This document shows positions 48,901-61,805 of a stretch of DNA of 64,000 bases, piece after piece; the first letter of the stretch is position 1, and the number at the start of each line of letters is the position of its first letter. The notes under the pieces are model-generated. The model had not been told where the DNA came from, did not search any database, and worked only from the letters and a program-made list of their open reading frames with translations. The DNA lies in contig NW_008246093.1 in the NCBI RefSeq assembly GCF_000281045.1, forward strand, positions 274,223 through 338,222, given 5' to 3'. The position numbers were made by a program, and so were the translations under genes. This DNA is from Saprolegnia diclina VS20 (lineage: Eukaryota).

Positions 48901-50367
48901 ATGACTCGAAAGCACTACCCGCTGCAGACGAACGCGTTCCAGTGCCCTTCGCTGAGCGCCAAGGACGAGAGCCGGCTCATCCAGAGCGGCGAGCGCGCGC
49001 TGCGGCAGTTCCTCGACCGCATCCTCAACCACAACGACGCCATCACGTGGACGTCGGCCGGCGACCAAAACGGTGTCCGCCTCCTCGAAGGCGCGTCGCC
49101 CACCTTTGCCAAAGGTACGTTTTGCCGTTGAAAAACGATTGCATCTCAATCTGAATCTCAATGTAGGTCTAACGTGCCTTCGCGCCATCTCGCAAGTGAA
49201 CGCGACGCTCGAGGAAGTCGCGCTTCTCCACGCCTTTGAGACGCGCGACAAGTGCTTCGAGTACATGCGTCATTACGCGAGCGACATTCTCGACATCATT
49301 CCGCTCTACAGCTTTGTGAAGCGGACGGCTGACCACCCGCTGCGGCAAATGTACGTCAAGTGGGTCGCCGTCGAGAGCCCCGTGCCCATGATCAAGAACC
49401 GCGACTACCTCTACATTGAGGTACCAACTCCCGATCAACCTCCTGGATGCTAAATGTGGTGTAGGCGCAAAACGAGTTTGAAATGAGCAATGGTCGGCGC
49501 GGCTGGGCCTACTGCCAGTCGTCGCTGAACCTCGGGTGCTGCCCGTCCTTGGAGGCGACGAGCCTCAACTTGATCCGTGCGACGCTCGACCACACGGGCT
49601 GCGTCTTCTTGGAGTCCGAGACCCCGGGTGTCCTCGACGTCATCTACCACATGTCGACGGACTTCAAGGGCGCGATTCCGCCATGGGTCATCAAGATGGC
49701 GCTCAAGCGCCGGGCGCGCAAGATCACGATGATCAACGACTACGTGCACGGCCTCCGCCTCGCAACGCAGCCACTCCGGAGCAAGGACGACGTCAAGAAG
49801 ACCGCAAAAGCCGCCAAGAACTGCACAATCTGCGCCAAATCGTTCCGCTTTCATCGGCAAAAGGCCTGCCAAGCGTGCAGCAACGCGGTGTGCACGAGCT
49901 GCAGCCACTCGTGGCGCGTCAACGGCGGCATCACAGGCCCGACGCGCGCACGCATCTGTACTTACTGCTCCGACAGCGTCCGCGACGGCCAATGGGAGCA
50001 GAGCATGCTCCACACGTGTCGCTCTGGCACATCCGACTCGACAGGTGCGTGGACCAACTCGAGCAATGGCGTGCCTCGACACCCGTCGCCCAACACGGAC
50101 AGCGGGCCACGGCCGATCCACTTGTACGACGACAGCGAGAACCGGTCGTTGCACCGCCGCCGGTCGTCGCAGCGACACGAGTCGGCCCCGCGCATCTCGC
50201 CGCCCAACAAGCCGACACCGTCGACGGCGCATAGCAGCAGCAGCGCCGCAGCCGGCAGTAGCAGCGAGCGCATGGACCTCTCGTACTTGAGCTGCTATGG
50301 TGTCGATGTCAAGCCCACGCGCGTCGCTTCAGAGCGACCGCTGGCGCGAAGTGTTTTGGCCGATTAG
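48901..50367 (+). CDS. START-like + FYVE-type zinc finger protein, cluster copy 1 (2 introns)
   Basis: YVKWVAVESPVPMIKNRDYLYIE, GRRGWAYCQSS, PGVLDVIYH..TDFKG.IP.W; CTIC...CQAC..VCTSC...ICTYC; introns ~49115-49166 and ~49421-49464. Confidence 0.9.
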
Positions 50368-50955
50368 TAGGCGTGTGCTGTGCATGTTATAAGCTATAAG
50401 TCTACCGTTGTGTCTTGCATGCTTCCGTTGCCAGCTCAGCCTGCCACGTCATCCAATCTATGCGTTGATTGGTGCAATCTCCAACGGCAATGTGGTGGGT
50501 CTCATCGCGCGGGACCAGGATGCGCAACGCATCAACACCGCACGAGAGTTGAGCAGTATGAGTAATAGTCCGCCCGTGGTAATATAGTAGAGTATGCAAG
50601 ATACTCGCTGCGCAGAAGCAAGGGGAAAAATGAAAACGCCTTTTTGCCGATCCCTCGCCGCTGAGCCGCCGCCGAATATGTACGTATATCATCGGACACG
50701 CGCCGAACGGCTGTGTTCTGTGGCCACGAACCCATTCGGTGTGGGTCACTGGGCACGAAGGGGCGTGGACACGTACGTGGGCGCTGCTCGACCCCCCATT
50801 AAAAACGCGTCCTCGTATGACCTGTGCAGGCCTTTCTCGAGAGGCGCAGTGAAGCCAAGCAATTCACGAAGTCATACCGAACAACACTTGGATAAATTAT
50901 GATATAAATTGCAGACGGCATCACACTGAGACACGGAGCTAGATACGGCGCACAC

Positions 50956-51243
50956 TTAGACGCGCTGATGGCCGTGATGGGGGCGGCGCGCCGTTGGCTG
51001 CTCGACGCTTTTTCGGAGGTCGGTGACGATGACGCTGAGGTTGTACCGGAACGCAGGGCGGTACTTGGGAAGCTTCATGCTGTCGTCGCTCGAGCTGCTC
51101 GTGGCCGTGCCGACCGACGACGCGTTCGAGTCGACCGTGCCGGTGCGGGAGATACGTCGCTTAGTGGGTCCTTGCTGCTTGGTGATGTCGCCCACCGCCT
51201 TGGAGTGCGCGTTGTGGAGGAGGTGGTTGTACGAGCCAAGCAT
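50956..51243 (-). CDS. Small orphan protein (95 aa)
   Basis: Intact ATG-TAA ORF with high GC3; INR+FPR-like TCACTTTTCCATTC about 35 nt upstream; shares a C-terminal motif with the neighbouring small ORF. Confidence 0.7.
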   Translation of the reverse strand: MLGSYNHLLHNAHSKAVGDITKQQGPTKRRISRTGTVDSNASSVGTATSSSSDDSMKLPKYRPAFRYNLSVIVTDLRKSVEQPTARRPHHGHQRV

Positions 51244-51983
51244 CTTATTGCGCAGTAGTAAGTGTCGTATTCGAGGTGAATGGAAAAGTGAGGCTCTTGA
51301 AGTGGGTTGCGATTCCAGTTGCCGTGGGACAGGTCAACGCCATCGAACGCAACCAGCCGTCGCGGGTGGTGCTCGGCCTTCCATTCTTTGCGACTCGAAC
51401 TAATGTCAGATTCCATATCGCTCTCTGGCGTGTTCACGCAGACCCGCCAGCTGGCAGCCACATTCCCGCCACAGCTTGCCACGACAGCTGGGTGCTCTCT
51501 TCGCCAAGTGCCTTCGGCTAAACAAGCTGGCTGGTCCTCTGCGCCATTTAACACTGCAAGACGCGCAAGATGGCGCGCTGGATTGATGAACGTGTCCGAT
51601 GCTGCGTTCCATAGAAGTCCGTGCCGCGCTCTCTTCTACAGCGACCTCGGCATCCCAACACCATGCTTGGGTTGTTGCTGATACGGACGCAGACGACGGA
51701 CGACGAGCTTGGAATGCTTGAAGGAATCTTAGCGCAGTGATCGTTGTCGGTCCACCCACGTCACGTACAGCACATTGGGGGTCGTGCGCGCGGCGGCGTC
51801 TAATTGTTGGCGAAACAGCGTGGGACTCGCAAGCGGGCAGACGCGGGTGCGTCCACGTCCATGCAGAGGGTTCTTTTCTTTAGTCCGCGCGCCAAGCGCA
51901 TGGCACCTGTTCGAGTCAACGTCGAGTGTACAATTACATAGGATTAGGTCGATTTTGCATCTTAAATACGAGAAAACGGCGAT

Positions 51984-52340
51984 TTAGTAGCGCTGCCGGG
52001 ACGCAAACCGTGGCCGGTTGTACGCGGCGTCCACATAGTCGCCGTAGACACGATGCGGCTTGGTCGTTGGCGTCGGCTTTGTCGGCTTTGGCACGGACGG
52101 CTCGACGCTGGCGGTCATTTGCACGAGCATCGTCTGCAGATCAAAGGCAAATGCGGGCTTGTAGGGCGGGGGCGGCGATGCGGACGTCGCAGTCTCGGCC
52201 GACGACCCTGAACTCGATCGGCGCGTCGGTTTGGTAACGTACGCAGTGCTTGTGGCCGTCTTGTCGCCAGAATAGTCGGCGTAGAGCTTGGCGCGGTCGT
52301 ACGCAAAGACGCCCGAGCTGCCTGACATGGTGAGCATCAT
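51984..52340 (-). CDS. Small orphan protein (118 aa)
   Basis: ORF from MMLTMSG; INR+FPR-like GCAGTTTTCAATTTC about 15-30 nt upstream; high GC3; YKPAFAFDL...SVE motif shared with 50956..51243. Confidence 0.7.
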   Translation of the reverse strand: MMLTMSGSSGVFAYDRAKLYADYSGDKTATSTAYVTKPTRRSSSGSSAETATSASPPPPYKPAFAFDLQTMLVQMTASVEPSVPKPTKPTPTTKPHRVYGDYVDAAYNRPRFASRQRY

Positions 52341-53684
52341 CTTGACTCGTGGCGGGAAATTGAAAACTGCGAGAAAGGTGGCGTCGTCGAGATGGTACGT
52401 GGTTGGCGTGGACTCTGGGTGGCGTAACCAGCTTTTGGCGTCTGATCCTGCTGGCTTGTGTACCGTAGTAGGCACCACCCCTCGTATGTGTCCTACAGTG
52501 GGCGCGATCTAATCTATTGGACCATCGATCGTCGTGTAATCTGCTCTCGCGGCTACTCCTTGACCTCGTCACAATCAATAGCCAAGAAACGATCCACCAA
52601 GAAACTTGCTGTTTGCCATTTGCTGCACGCGCGATCAAGGCATCTGAGATCTGGTGGTGCTACAAGCCTCTCCAAAACGGGCTTGGCACGAGGACGCCGT
52701 CGAGCTCGTGTATTCGTGCGCCATAAACTGCGCCGCAGCAAAACGTTAGAAGGTTTTCGTACACGTGCGGGTAAGCTGTGCGGGTAATCGCTACGGACTG
52801 CGCGTGCGGGTACTACCCGCGAATGGGGATCGGGGTACTGATGTCAACGTTGTCATCGGGAAGATATACCACAGTACCGGTGTGGATCAGGTGGTGCAGG
52901 GACAACTCAGTCTGTACAGCGTAGTGCATCGACGAAGCTTGCGTCGAACACAGACGCCGTGCTTTACCGTCGTCATTGACAGAGGCCAAATCAAAATAAG
53001 AGGTTAGCGAACGTTCGGCGGGGCGTCGGGGCGGCTTGGATTGCGGGTAGTTGTCGTGAGCGCGCCGACACAGATACCACCCGTGTATCTCGGCATACCC
53101 CGGCCGACGTACGTTTTCTGGTTACAAAAAGGCCGCAGCTGACCGAGATTGGTCGCACGGTCAGCGTAGACGCTGCTGGCCATTGACGTTGCAGCTATGA
53201 TTTCTCAATCGGCGGGGCTTGTCCAACTCTTGATGACCACGTCGGTCACACTTGCTTTTGATTGCCCATCTGAGATGGTCGCTCCGCGATCAAAATCGCG
53301 ATGCTCTAGCACACCAATAAGGACCCGCGAGGCTCATCCGACCGGCTCATTTGGCTGTGACGTGGCGCGTTCCAGATGTGTGGGTCCAGCATTGCGTCCA
53401 GAGACCATCGGTCGTCGGCCGTTTCAAAACGCTGCTGCCATGCACGCAGCCGCCTATCATTTGATATTGGATGCGCTAAGTGCTGTCGGTCGTTGCTGTC
53501 TACGTCCATTGCCAAGAAGAAGAAGAAGACGCCGTGGCGAGAGGCGGTACAAAGACACTCGCTGCGTGCTAGCGTCCGATTGGACATTCTCCGAACCTGT
53601 GGGTGCAATCACGGGTAAAAAATGGCGTGGGTGCATTTTCTTGAAGCAGGACGACGATGAGCACGTATTCTCGAGTATTTCAGC

Positions 53685-55195
53685 ATGCCAAAGAAGGCGC
53701 ACTACCCTGTGCCGACAGGCTTCTTCCGTTGCCCGGCGCTGCCGGAAGCGGAGACGACCCACTACATTGAGCTCGGCGAAAAGGTCCTTCGCAAGTTCCT
53801 CAAGAAGGCCCTCCTTCCGGACGCGAGCGTGCACTGGCGGCCCAACGGCGAAGCCGACGGCGTCGAGCTCTTTGCGGGCGAGCCCACGCACCCGAGTGCG
53901 CACACCAAAGGTGCAATGTCGCTAGTTTGCACTTGCGGTTTCATATCATCGTGCGTGCAGGTGTCATCCAGTACCGTGCCAAAGCCCGGATCCACGCCAG
54001 TCTCGAAGAGGTTGCGGCGCTGCACGCGTTCGAGTCGCGAAAGCACTGCTACGAGTATACGCAGCTGTACAACCACGACATTCTTGACATGCTTACGCTC
54101 TACAACTGCCTTCCGCGCTCGGACGACCGGCCGCTCAAGCAGGTGTACGTCAAGTGGACAGCGATGCAGAGCCCCGTGCCCTTCATCCACGACCGCGACT
54201 TTTGCTTTGTCGAGGTACACTATATTGCCGTGCTCATTCTCGTGAGCCCACGTTCGCTAGGCGCAAGACGCCTTTAGCTTGACGGGCGGCCTCAAAGGCT
54301 GGGCGTTTTGTCAGCACTCGATCGCTCTGCCGTGGTGCCCGCCCCTCCACGACACGCAGCTACGCCTTGTGCGCGGGTCCATCTACCACACGGGGTGCGT
54401 TTTCCTCGAAACGAGCACGCCTGGCATCCTGGACGTCATCTACCAGTTGGCGACAGACTTCAAAGGCTCGATCCCGTCGTACGCGCGCAAGCTGGCGCTG
54501 CGCCGCCGGGCGCGGAAGATCACGGTCATCAACGACTTTGTGCACGCGCGCCGACTCATGCACGTCCCCATGAAGTCGCGCGACGAGCTCGTCTCGACAA
54601 CCGACCGGCGGCTGTGTTATCTCTGCGACAAGGCTTTCTTTGGCCTCGCCAAGCGCCACAACTGCCATGGCTGCGGCGAGGTAGGAAGCATTGCAAGTTT
54701 CTTGCTTGTGTAGACCTCTCAGTGTAGGTTGTGTGCGCCCGCTGCAGTCGGTCGTGGCGCCTGTCCCACGGCAACGTCTCGACCAAGGTGCGCATCTGTG
54801 CCAAGTGCAGTGCGGACGTTCGATCAGGTGCGGTCGCATCCAGCAGCCGTCGGCTTTCACGCAGCGCCTCGTCGCTCTCGGGCACCATGGACCCGCACGA
54901 GTCGGACGTCGTGGATCCTATCTTGCTCTTGACCCAGTACGGCGAGCCCACGCGGGTCGAGTCCAAGGGCAGCGTCGACTTGGGCTACTTGGAGGTCTAC
55001 GACCGCCACAAGCCGGCGCCCGACGAAGCCAAAACACGCTTGATGCTCGAGCCGCCGGCTGCAATGCTAGAGGAGAAGGGCTCGGACTCGGCCGAGTTCG
55101 AAGACTTTTTGAACCTCATGGCCAAGATCAACGTCAAGCAGCAGAAAAGCGCACGCCTCGCACGCTACTCGGCCAGAGGCCCTGCGGCACCGTAG
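53685..55195 (+). CDS. START-like + FYVE-type zinc finger protein, cluster copy 2 (3 introns)
   Basis: QVYVKWTAMQSPVPFIHDRDFCFVE, GWAFCQHS, PGILDVIY; CYLCDKAF..KRHNCHGCGE|VVCARC...ICAKC; introns ~53911-53960, ~54215-54260, ~54681-54728. Confidence 0.9.
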
Positions 55196-56182
55196 TAGAC
55201 GAGCCGTCCTTGGTAGAAGTGTGTGTATGTTTATAGACGCAAATGAGCAGTAGATGCCAACGCAAAATTGTCACTGTCCGATGCGTACGTCATACCTTTA
55301 ACTGCCTCCTAGCTCTCCGTGCGAGAGCGTGATGGGCGCGTTCGTAATTGCAGCGACCATGATGATGCGCCGCCGAGGGGTGAGCGACGATCGATGTCGC
55401 TTTTACACAGGTGCTCGGGCGCAGGCTCGGGCGCATGGCCACGACCAACAAAGCGCATCGACCGTCGTTTCAATGTGCAGACGACCGTGTTGTGCGATCC
55501 TGCAAGAAAGGACGGACGCAGTAGCACCACAACCTCGTGACCGACTCGCCGTCGTCAAGCCTCCAACTCGACGGCTCGTTGGTTGTCACACAACCCGACG
55601 AAATATGAGCGGCGGCCAGCTTGGACGGCCTCCCCGGCTCGGAGCTGCGAGATGGATGATAGCACCATCATATGGGCCGACGTCGGCGATGCAAACACGG
55701 TCTTGTACAGTACGGGGACGAGAAGGACCGAGGCTACGATCACGTTTGGGACCGTGCTTCGTACTCCCGCTGCTGTGAGCCCTTCAATTTGCGTCAAGTT
55801 GGTGCGAAGGGCAATGTGCGCTCTGCCTCTAAACTGCATATGTTTTACTGGATATCAGTATGCTTCCAGGTCTACCGTACATGGTGGCCGCGCACCAGGG
55901 GTGTGTTGACGCAACAGAAAAGTGAGATATGCAAAACCGCCTCTGACCTCCAAGATCCACTTGACTTGAAATTTGTATGCAGCGATCGTGTGCGGGCTCT
56001 CGACTGCCACGTATGCGTAACACATTACGCCACCGGCTATCAGACCACGCTGCAGCAGATGGGCATGGTTCGCTTCTTCGCCTTTGTTCGTTCCCAGGTG
56101 GCCGGCCAGTCCTTGAGGCATTACACGCCACCTGGCGTCCCCGTCAAGAAAGCACTCTTGGCGCCAGTTTGACACTGGCGCG

Positions 56183-57757
56183 ATGAAGTACCCGCTCGAC
56201 GACAACTTCTTCCGTGTCCCGCCACTGTCGCCGGCGTCGCGCCAGAGCTTCTTAGACCAAGGCGACAAGATCCTCCGGACGTTTCTCGACAAGACGCTCA
56301 AGCGCGACGAGTCGATGCGATGGTCGTTCGTCGGCGAGTACGACGGTGTCCGCCTCCTCGAAGGCGACATTCCAGGCCTCAAGCTCGACAAAAGCATCAC
56401 GCCCTTCCGCGCAGTCACCAAGATCCACGCGACGCTCGAAGAGATTGCCGAGATGCACGCGTGCGCCACGCGCGCCCAGTGCAAGCGCTTCATCCGCAAC
56501 TACGCCGATGACGTGCTCGACCTCATGACGCTCCACAACCTTGTCGAGCGCAGCACCGCCCACCCGCTCAAGCAGGTGTACGTCAAATGGACCGTGTGCG
56601 AAAGCCCAGTACCGATCATCAAGGACCGCGACTTTGTCTACCTCGAGTCGCAGGACCTCTTCAAGCTCTCGAGCGGCCGGCGCGGCTGGGCGCTGTGCCA
56701 GAATTCGATCGAGTTGCCGTACGTGCAGTCGCTTCAGAAGACGCCGCTCCAGGCCGTGCGGGGGACGCTCAACCACACGGGCTCGGTGTACATCGAGACT
56801 GACACACCGGGTGTCCTCGACGTCATCTACCACATCTCGACCGACATGAAGGGCAACATCCACCACTGGGTCCGGAAGCAGGCCATGAAGCGCCGCGCAC
56901 GGCACGTTGCCGCGCTCAACGACTTTGTACACCAAGCACGCCTCGCGAGCGTCGCGCTCAAGTCGAAAGCCGAGCTGTACACACCGTCGTCGGCGGCGAC
57001 AACGATGGTCGTGCACAACTGCAGTCTCTGCATGCGCGATCTCTCGCGCGCCCGGTTTTGCCAATCGTGCGCCGAGCCGGTGTGTAGTCGTTGCAGCCGC
57101 AAGTGGCGCCTCCCCAACGCGCCGGCCGACCAACCCAGCGTCCGCATCTGCAACGTGTGCTCGTCGGCTGTCCGCAGTGGCCGACTGACATCCGACGACG
57201 GCCACTCGAGCGCGCCGTCCGAGGTGTCGTCCGCTGGCAGCGACGTCAAGGCACGAAAGCACTCGTCGGTCGCCTCGGACGTGGCGTCGGTCGTAAGCGC
57301 AACCGATGCCAAAGCTCGCAAGAGCTCCATGCCCGTCGAGCAGACGTCTGGCGCGACCACCGTCGTCGCGCCTCGTCGTCGCACGGTCGATCCGGTCGAA
57401 ATGACACCGACCAAGACGACGGCAAAGACCAAGACGACCGATCCGTTGCGAATTGACGAAGACACGATGGATCTCTCGTACCTCAAGCTCTACGAGGCGC
57501 AGGGACCGGCGCCGATTGGCAACGTGCACCCGCAGGCGCTGATGCGACCGGAGCCGTCGACATCGTCGTTTGTGATGATGGAACCGACGGTCGAGTTTGA
57601 CGAATTCGACGACGACGACGCCAGCGGCGTGTCGACGCCGGGGTCCCGACACGGCAGCATGGACTTTGACGACCCGGCGTTCGCCAAGTTTGTCGATCAC
57701 ATTACACAGGCGCCGATGCGACAGAGCCTTCGCATCGCGCACGAGTTGTCGCGGTAG
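56183..57757 (+). CDS. START-like + FYVE-type zinc finger protein, cluster copy 3, intronless (524 aa)
   Basis: A single ORF contains QVYVKWTVCESPVPIIKDRDFVYLESQD, GRRGWALCQNS and CSLC...CQSC..VCSRC...ICNVC. Confidence 0.93.
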   Translation: MKYPLDDNFFRVPPLSPASRQSFLDQGDKILRTFLDKTLKRDESMRWSFVGEYDGVRLLEGDIPGLKLDKSITPFRAVTKIHATLEEIAEMHACATRAQCKRFIRNYADDVLDLMTLHNLVERSTAHPLKQVYVKWTVCESPVPIIKDRDFVYLESQDLFKLSSGRRGWALCQNSIELPYVQSLQKTPLQAVRGTLNHTGSVYIETDTPGVLDVIYHISTDMKGNIHHWVRKQAMKRRARHVAALNDFVHQARLASVALKSKAELYTPSSAATTMVVHNCSLCMRDLSRARFCQSCAEPVCSRCSRKWRLPNAPADQPSVRICNVCSSAVRSGRLTSDDGHSSAPSEVSSAGSDVKARKHSSVASDVASVVSATDAKARKSSMPVEQTSGATTVVAPRRRTVDPVEMTPTKTTAKTKTTDPLRIDEDTMDLSYLKLYEAQGPAPIGNVHPQALMRPEPSTSSFVMMEPTVEFDEFDDDDASGVSTPGSRHGSMDFDDPAFAKFVDHITQAPMRQSLRIAHELSR

Positions 57758-59495
57758 CATACTCGTCCATAAAACCCAAATGCTAGCAGTATTTAAGATC
57801 TCCCACTACAACAAGGACCATCGGACAGCGATCTATGAACACGTGTGCAAGCTTGTTCTAGTAGTGGGCTATACAAAACGCATTCCTCAATGCTGAATGC
57901 GAGCCACCACCAACGATAGAAGCCCTTTGAGACCTCTTCCAAACCAGCTTGAATTTACGACATGAAAACGACGGTGCACGAGACAGAAATGGTGGATTGA
58001 CTAGAGTCGACCAACTGAGGCGACCGAGTGACAACGCCAGCGAACCTGAGTTCATTATTCACCACCACCTACTCTCCATGGATGGCGAGGGTTCGCCAAG
58101 AAACAACGTGAAACACGTTGGAAGTTTCTTCCTATCGTACTAATGCGCCCTGGCACCCATCCTTTGAAAGCGACAAAGTCAACGACGTTCAACGTACCGG
58201 TACATTGTACGGCTGACATCCTCTGTGTAAGCTCTGGAGAAGTCCAACGTAGGGCTGTTATGGGCGCAAACCGTGTTGACGAATCGAATTTCCACGGGTC
58301 GGACGGCTCGCGTCAACACGCGCAATCAGACGCTTCGCCACCAAGGCACAGAACCAGAATTACCCTTTGGTGCCAGTCTGCTGACAGGGATGACGTTGCT
58401 GGCACCACCTGCCCCGGTGTGGAGACGCGTCTTTGAAGATGGATGAGGCCAGTGCGGCTGGCCTGTTGTTGAAATGAGTTATTAACATGCAATTATATAG
58501 TGAAGATGGTGGACTTCCTAGAGCGCTCGTGAGGTTTGGCCGGTACGTCAAGCTGAGGGCGAAATGTGCGGCTGGCCTGTTGCTTGTGCTTTGGCCACCG
58601 CCTCTGCAACGCACGACACGCCTTCGTACGTGCGACGTGCCGACGTCGGTGGCGCGGGACACGGAAGCGGATGATCTGTCGGTGCCGACGACCCGAACTT
58701 GTTCGCGTCCAAGCAAAGGACTTGCGTCGACACCACCGTGGTATCCAATCGCGTGGTTCAAAGCGGCATTGTTGGACTGTCTGGAGCCTTGGTCTGGAGC
58801 GACAGGGTGGTAGTACGTTCGGCACCGCGCGACGAAGAATCGGAGTAGCTGTCTCTTGCAGCAGCTCCTGCTCCTGCTTGCTCGCGGAGCAGTGTAGTAT
58901 GTGGGCAGCCCATCGTCGCCAGCATCGAATCTCCGGTACAGTGTAGTGCGAGAGCAAGAAGAAGATCTAATCGGGCACCAGATGGCGGCCGCGAAAGGCA
59001 AGCAAGGGTCACGAGCGTCCGCAACGCTCGGTTCGACCACGTTCGCTGGAAAAAGCGCACGGACGTGCGTCGGGTCGCGGTTAATCATGCTACTGTGGCA
59101 TGCCGGTCTTCTGCAACCGCGCAGACACGAAGCAGCGGCTGCCTCTGCCGACGCAGCGTGTCGACGCCGTTGGGATTGACGTATCAACGCCGTCGTGCCG
59201 ACGCGGGTATGCTTTTTGGTGCCGTCATCACCCGCGTTCATCCATCTACTCGACCGATCGCTCCACCCAGAAAGTGCAAAGTGCAAAGTCACATCACAAT
59301 CGGGTGGCCACGGGCGTCCACCAACTCGTTCTCGACACCCGTTGAAGGCAGCTCTCTCCGAGCTCATCACTGACCCCACGCGGTGTCAACTCGCCGGTCT
59401 TCAGTCTCTTCTTCGTTCTCGTGGCGCCATCTGGTTCAAAAACCGGCAACGCCACCAGCCGCAATAGGTGCAAGTGCATTTGCCAAGTAGCGGCC

Positions 59496-61028
59496 ATGAC
59501 CGCAGACGCAAAGACAACGCCCGTGCCCAACGGGTTTCCGGTCCCCGAGTCTATCTTTGACGTTCGGCCGCTCACGCCGACCGAGGAGGCTGCGTACATT
59601 GCCACGGGCGAGAAGGCGTTCAAGACCTTCCTCGATGCGGTCCTCAAGCGCGATCCCGGTATGGTCTGGAACTTTGTCGGCGATTACGACGGCATCCAGC
59701 TCCTCGAAGGCGACATTCCCGGCTTCAAACTCGACAAAAGTACGTCGTTTTCGAAATTTCTTGCTGCGCTCATCGCATGTACGTAGACGTGGTGCCGTAC
59801 CGCGCCGTCGGCAAGATCACGGCGACGCTCGAGGAGATTGCCGAGCTCCATGCGTTCGAGACGCGCGCCAAGTGCGACTTTTACCGCAACCACCACGCGC
59901 AAGACCTCGCCGACATGTTTCCGCTCTTTAGCTTTTTCGACCGGACGCCGGCCAAGCCGCTCAAGCAAATGTACATCAAGTGGTCAGTCATCGAGAGCCC
60001 GGTCCCGGTCGTCAAGAACCGCGACTTTTGCTTTGTCGAGGTGCGTTTCTCGATTTTTCCAAGTATTGTTTTTCATTCTCCATATTTTGACGTAGGCACA
60101 AGACGAATTTCGCTTTTCGTCGGGTCGGCGCGGCTGGGCGTTTTGCCAACTCTCGGTCGACGTGCCCGGCGTCGTGAACCTCCAAAGCTCGCCCCTCAAC
60201 TTGGTGCGTGGTGCGCTCCACCACACGGGCTGCGCGTACATTGAGACCGACATCCCCGGCGTCCTCGACGTCATCTACCACATTGCGTCCGACTTCAAGG
60301 GCGCGATTCCGCACTGGGTGCGCAAGATGGGCATGAAGCGCCGCGCGCGCCACCTTGCACACGTCAACGAGTACGTCCACAAGGTCCGACTGAGTACACG
60401 CAACTTGCTGCCAAAGACCAAGAGCTTTTACAAGAGCAGCAACACCGACGACGACGAAATCGACGACGACGACACGTCGGGGCGGTGTTGTTATCTCTGT
60501 GAGCAGCCCCGCCGCTTCTCGCGCATGCGCAACTGCCAGTCGTGCGGCGAGGCTGTCTGTGTGCGCTGTAGCCGCAAGTGGCGCGTGCCCACCAAAGTCA
60601 ACGAGCACAACCTCGTACGGGTGTGCAACCTCTGCTCGCGCAAGGTGCGCCAGGACAGCATCTCCGAGTGCTGCCTGGCAACGCCCAATTCCGACGCGTC
60701 ATCCGAGGCCAGCAGCTGGCGCGCGTCGTTCCGGACGTCGTCGCTCGGCGGCGGCTCGGACTTTGACGCGCTCGACATAACGCCGACGCCATGGGCAAAC
60801 AAAAGCCGACAGCTGAGCGATCCACCGACCATGGACATTTCGTACGTCAACTTGTACGGTGCCGACTTGCGCAAGACCAAGTCGCTGCCGGTGCTCACGG
60901 CGCCGCCAGCGCGCATCGTGCTGTTTGATCCGGCGACCTTTGCGGCGCACGAGACGCCGGTCGAGGCCGACGACGAAGGTGACGCATCGGTCGTCGACGA
61001 CCTCGACACCTTCTTGCTCTCCCGTTGA
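59496..61028 (+). CDS. START-like + FYVE-type zinc finger protein, cluster copy 4 (2 introns)
   Basis: QMYIKWSVIESPVPVVKNRDFCFVE, PGVLDVIYH, CYLC...CQSCG..VCVRC...VCNLC; introns ~59740-59786 and ~60041-60095. Confidence 0.9.
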
Positions 61029-61805
61029 TGTTGCGTTGCCCGGTGGAATACACACCTACAGTATCTAATTACACTACTCGTGTCTTCTTCTCTCGACGAA
61101 TGTACGGAGCTGTGTAGCAGCACCCTTGCTACCGCTTGGTGGAGGAGGCACCGCGGACGCTCCAAGTACCTACCGTAATAGGGGCGAGGTACATATTACA
61201 TATTCTATTGGTATGGGACATCGCTTCGGTGATCGCCACACGTGCGTGCACAGCAAACACCAAGCAGAGAGGCAGCGCGACCGCTCGTCTTTGCCCATGA
61301 CGTTGCAGGTCGAAGCTGCCGTACTAGATGCGAAGCAGCGCAACCGTCTTGCGACGGAACCAGCAGAACAGACGTAAGTAGCGCACGATACGTCCACGCT
61401 GCGACATGTCGAGCAGTGCGCCTTCTCGATCTCACAGTGCACGCCAACGGCAAGTGCCAAGTGCAAGGTCGACCACGGAAGACGACCCGCGTTTTGCGTG
61501 GTGCGAGCGACCCTTGTTCTCAGCGCAGTATTGGCCATGCAAAGTCGGACGTCCAGCAATGTCGTGTCGCGCCGAGACAAAGACAGTGGCGGCCGCGACA
61601 CGCCGCCGAGGCGTCTCTGTCTTGTCATTGAAGCCCCTTGTACAAGATGCAGTAATGCGACGGTACCCAGATGGCACGCGGGCCTCTACAGATTCGAGTC
61701 GATGACGCTTGGCAGCTACAAACCACGTACATGGACGTATGGTAGTGTATACAAGCAGCCCCACACATCGTGATTTCGACCCGGACCACCGAATCGTCAC
61801 GCAAC

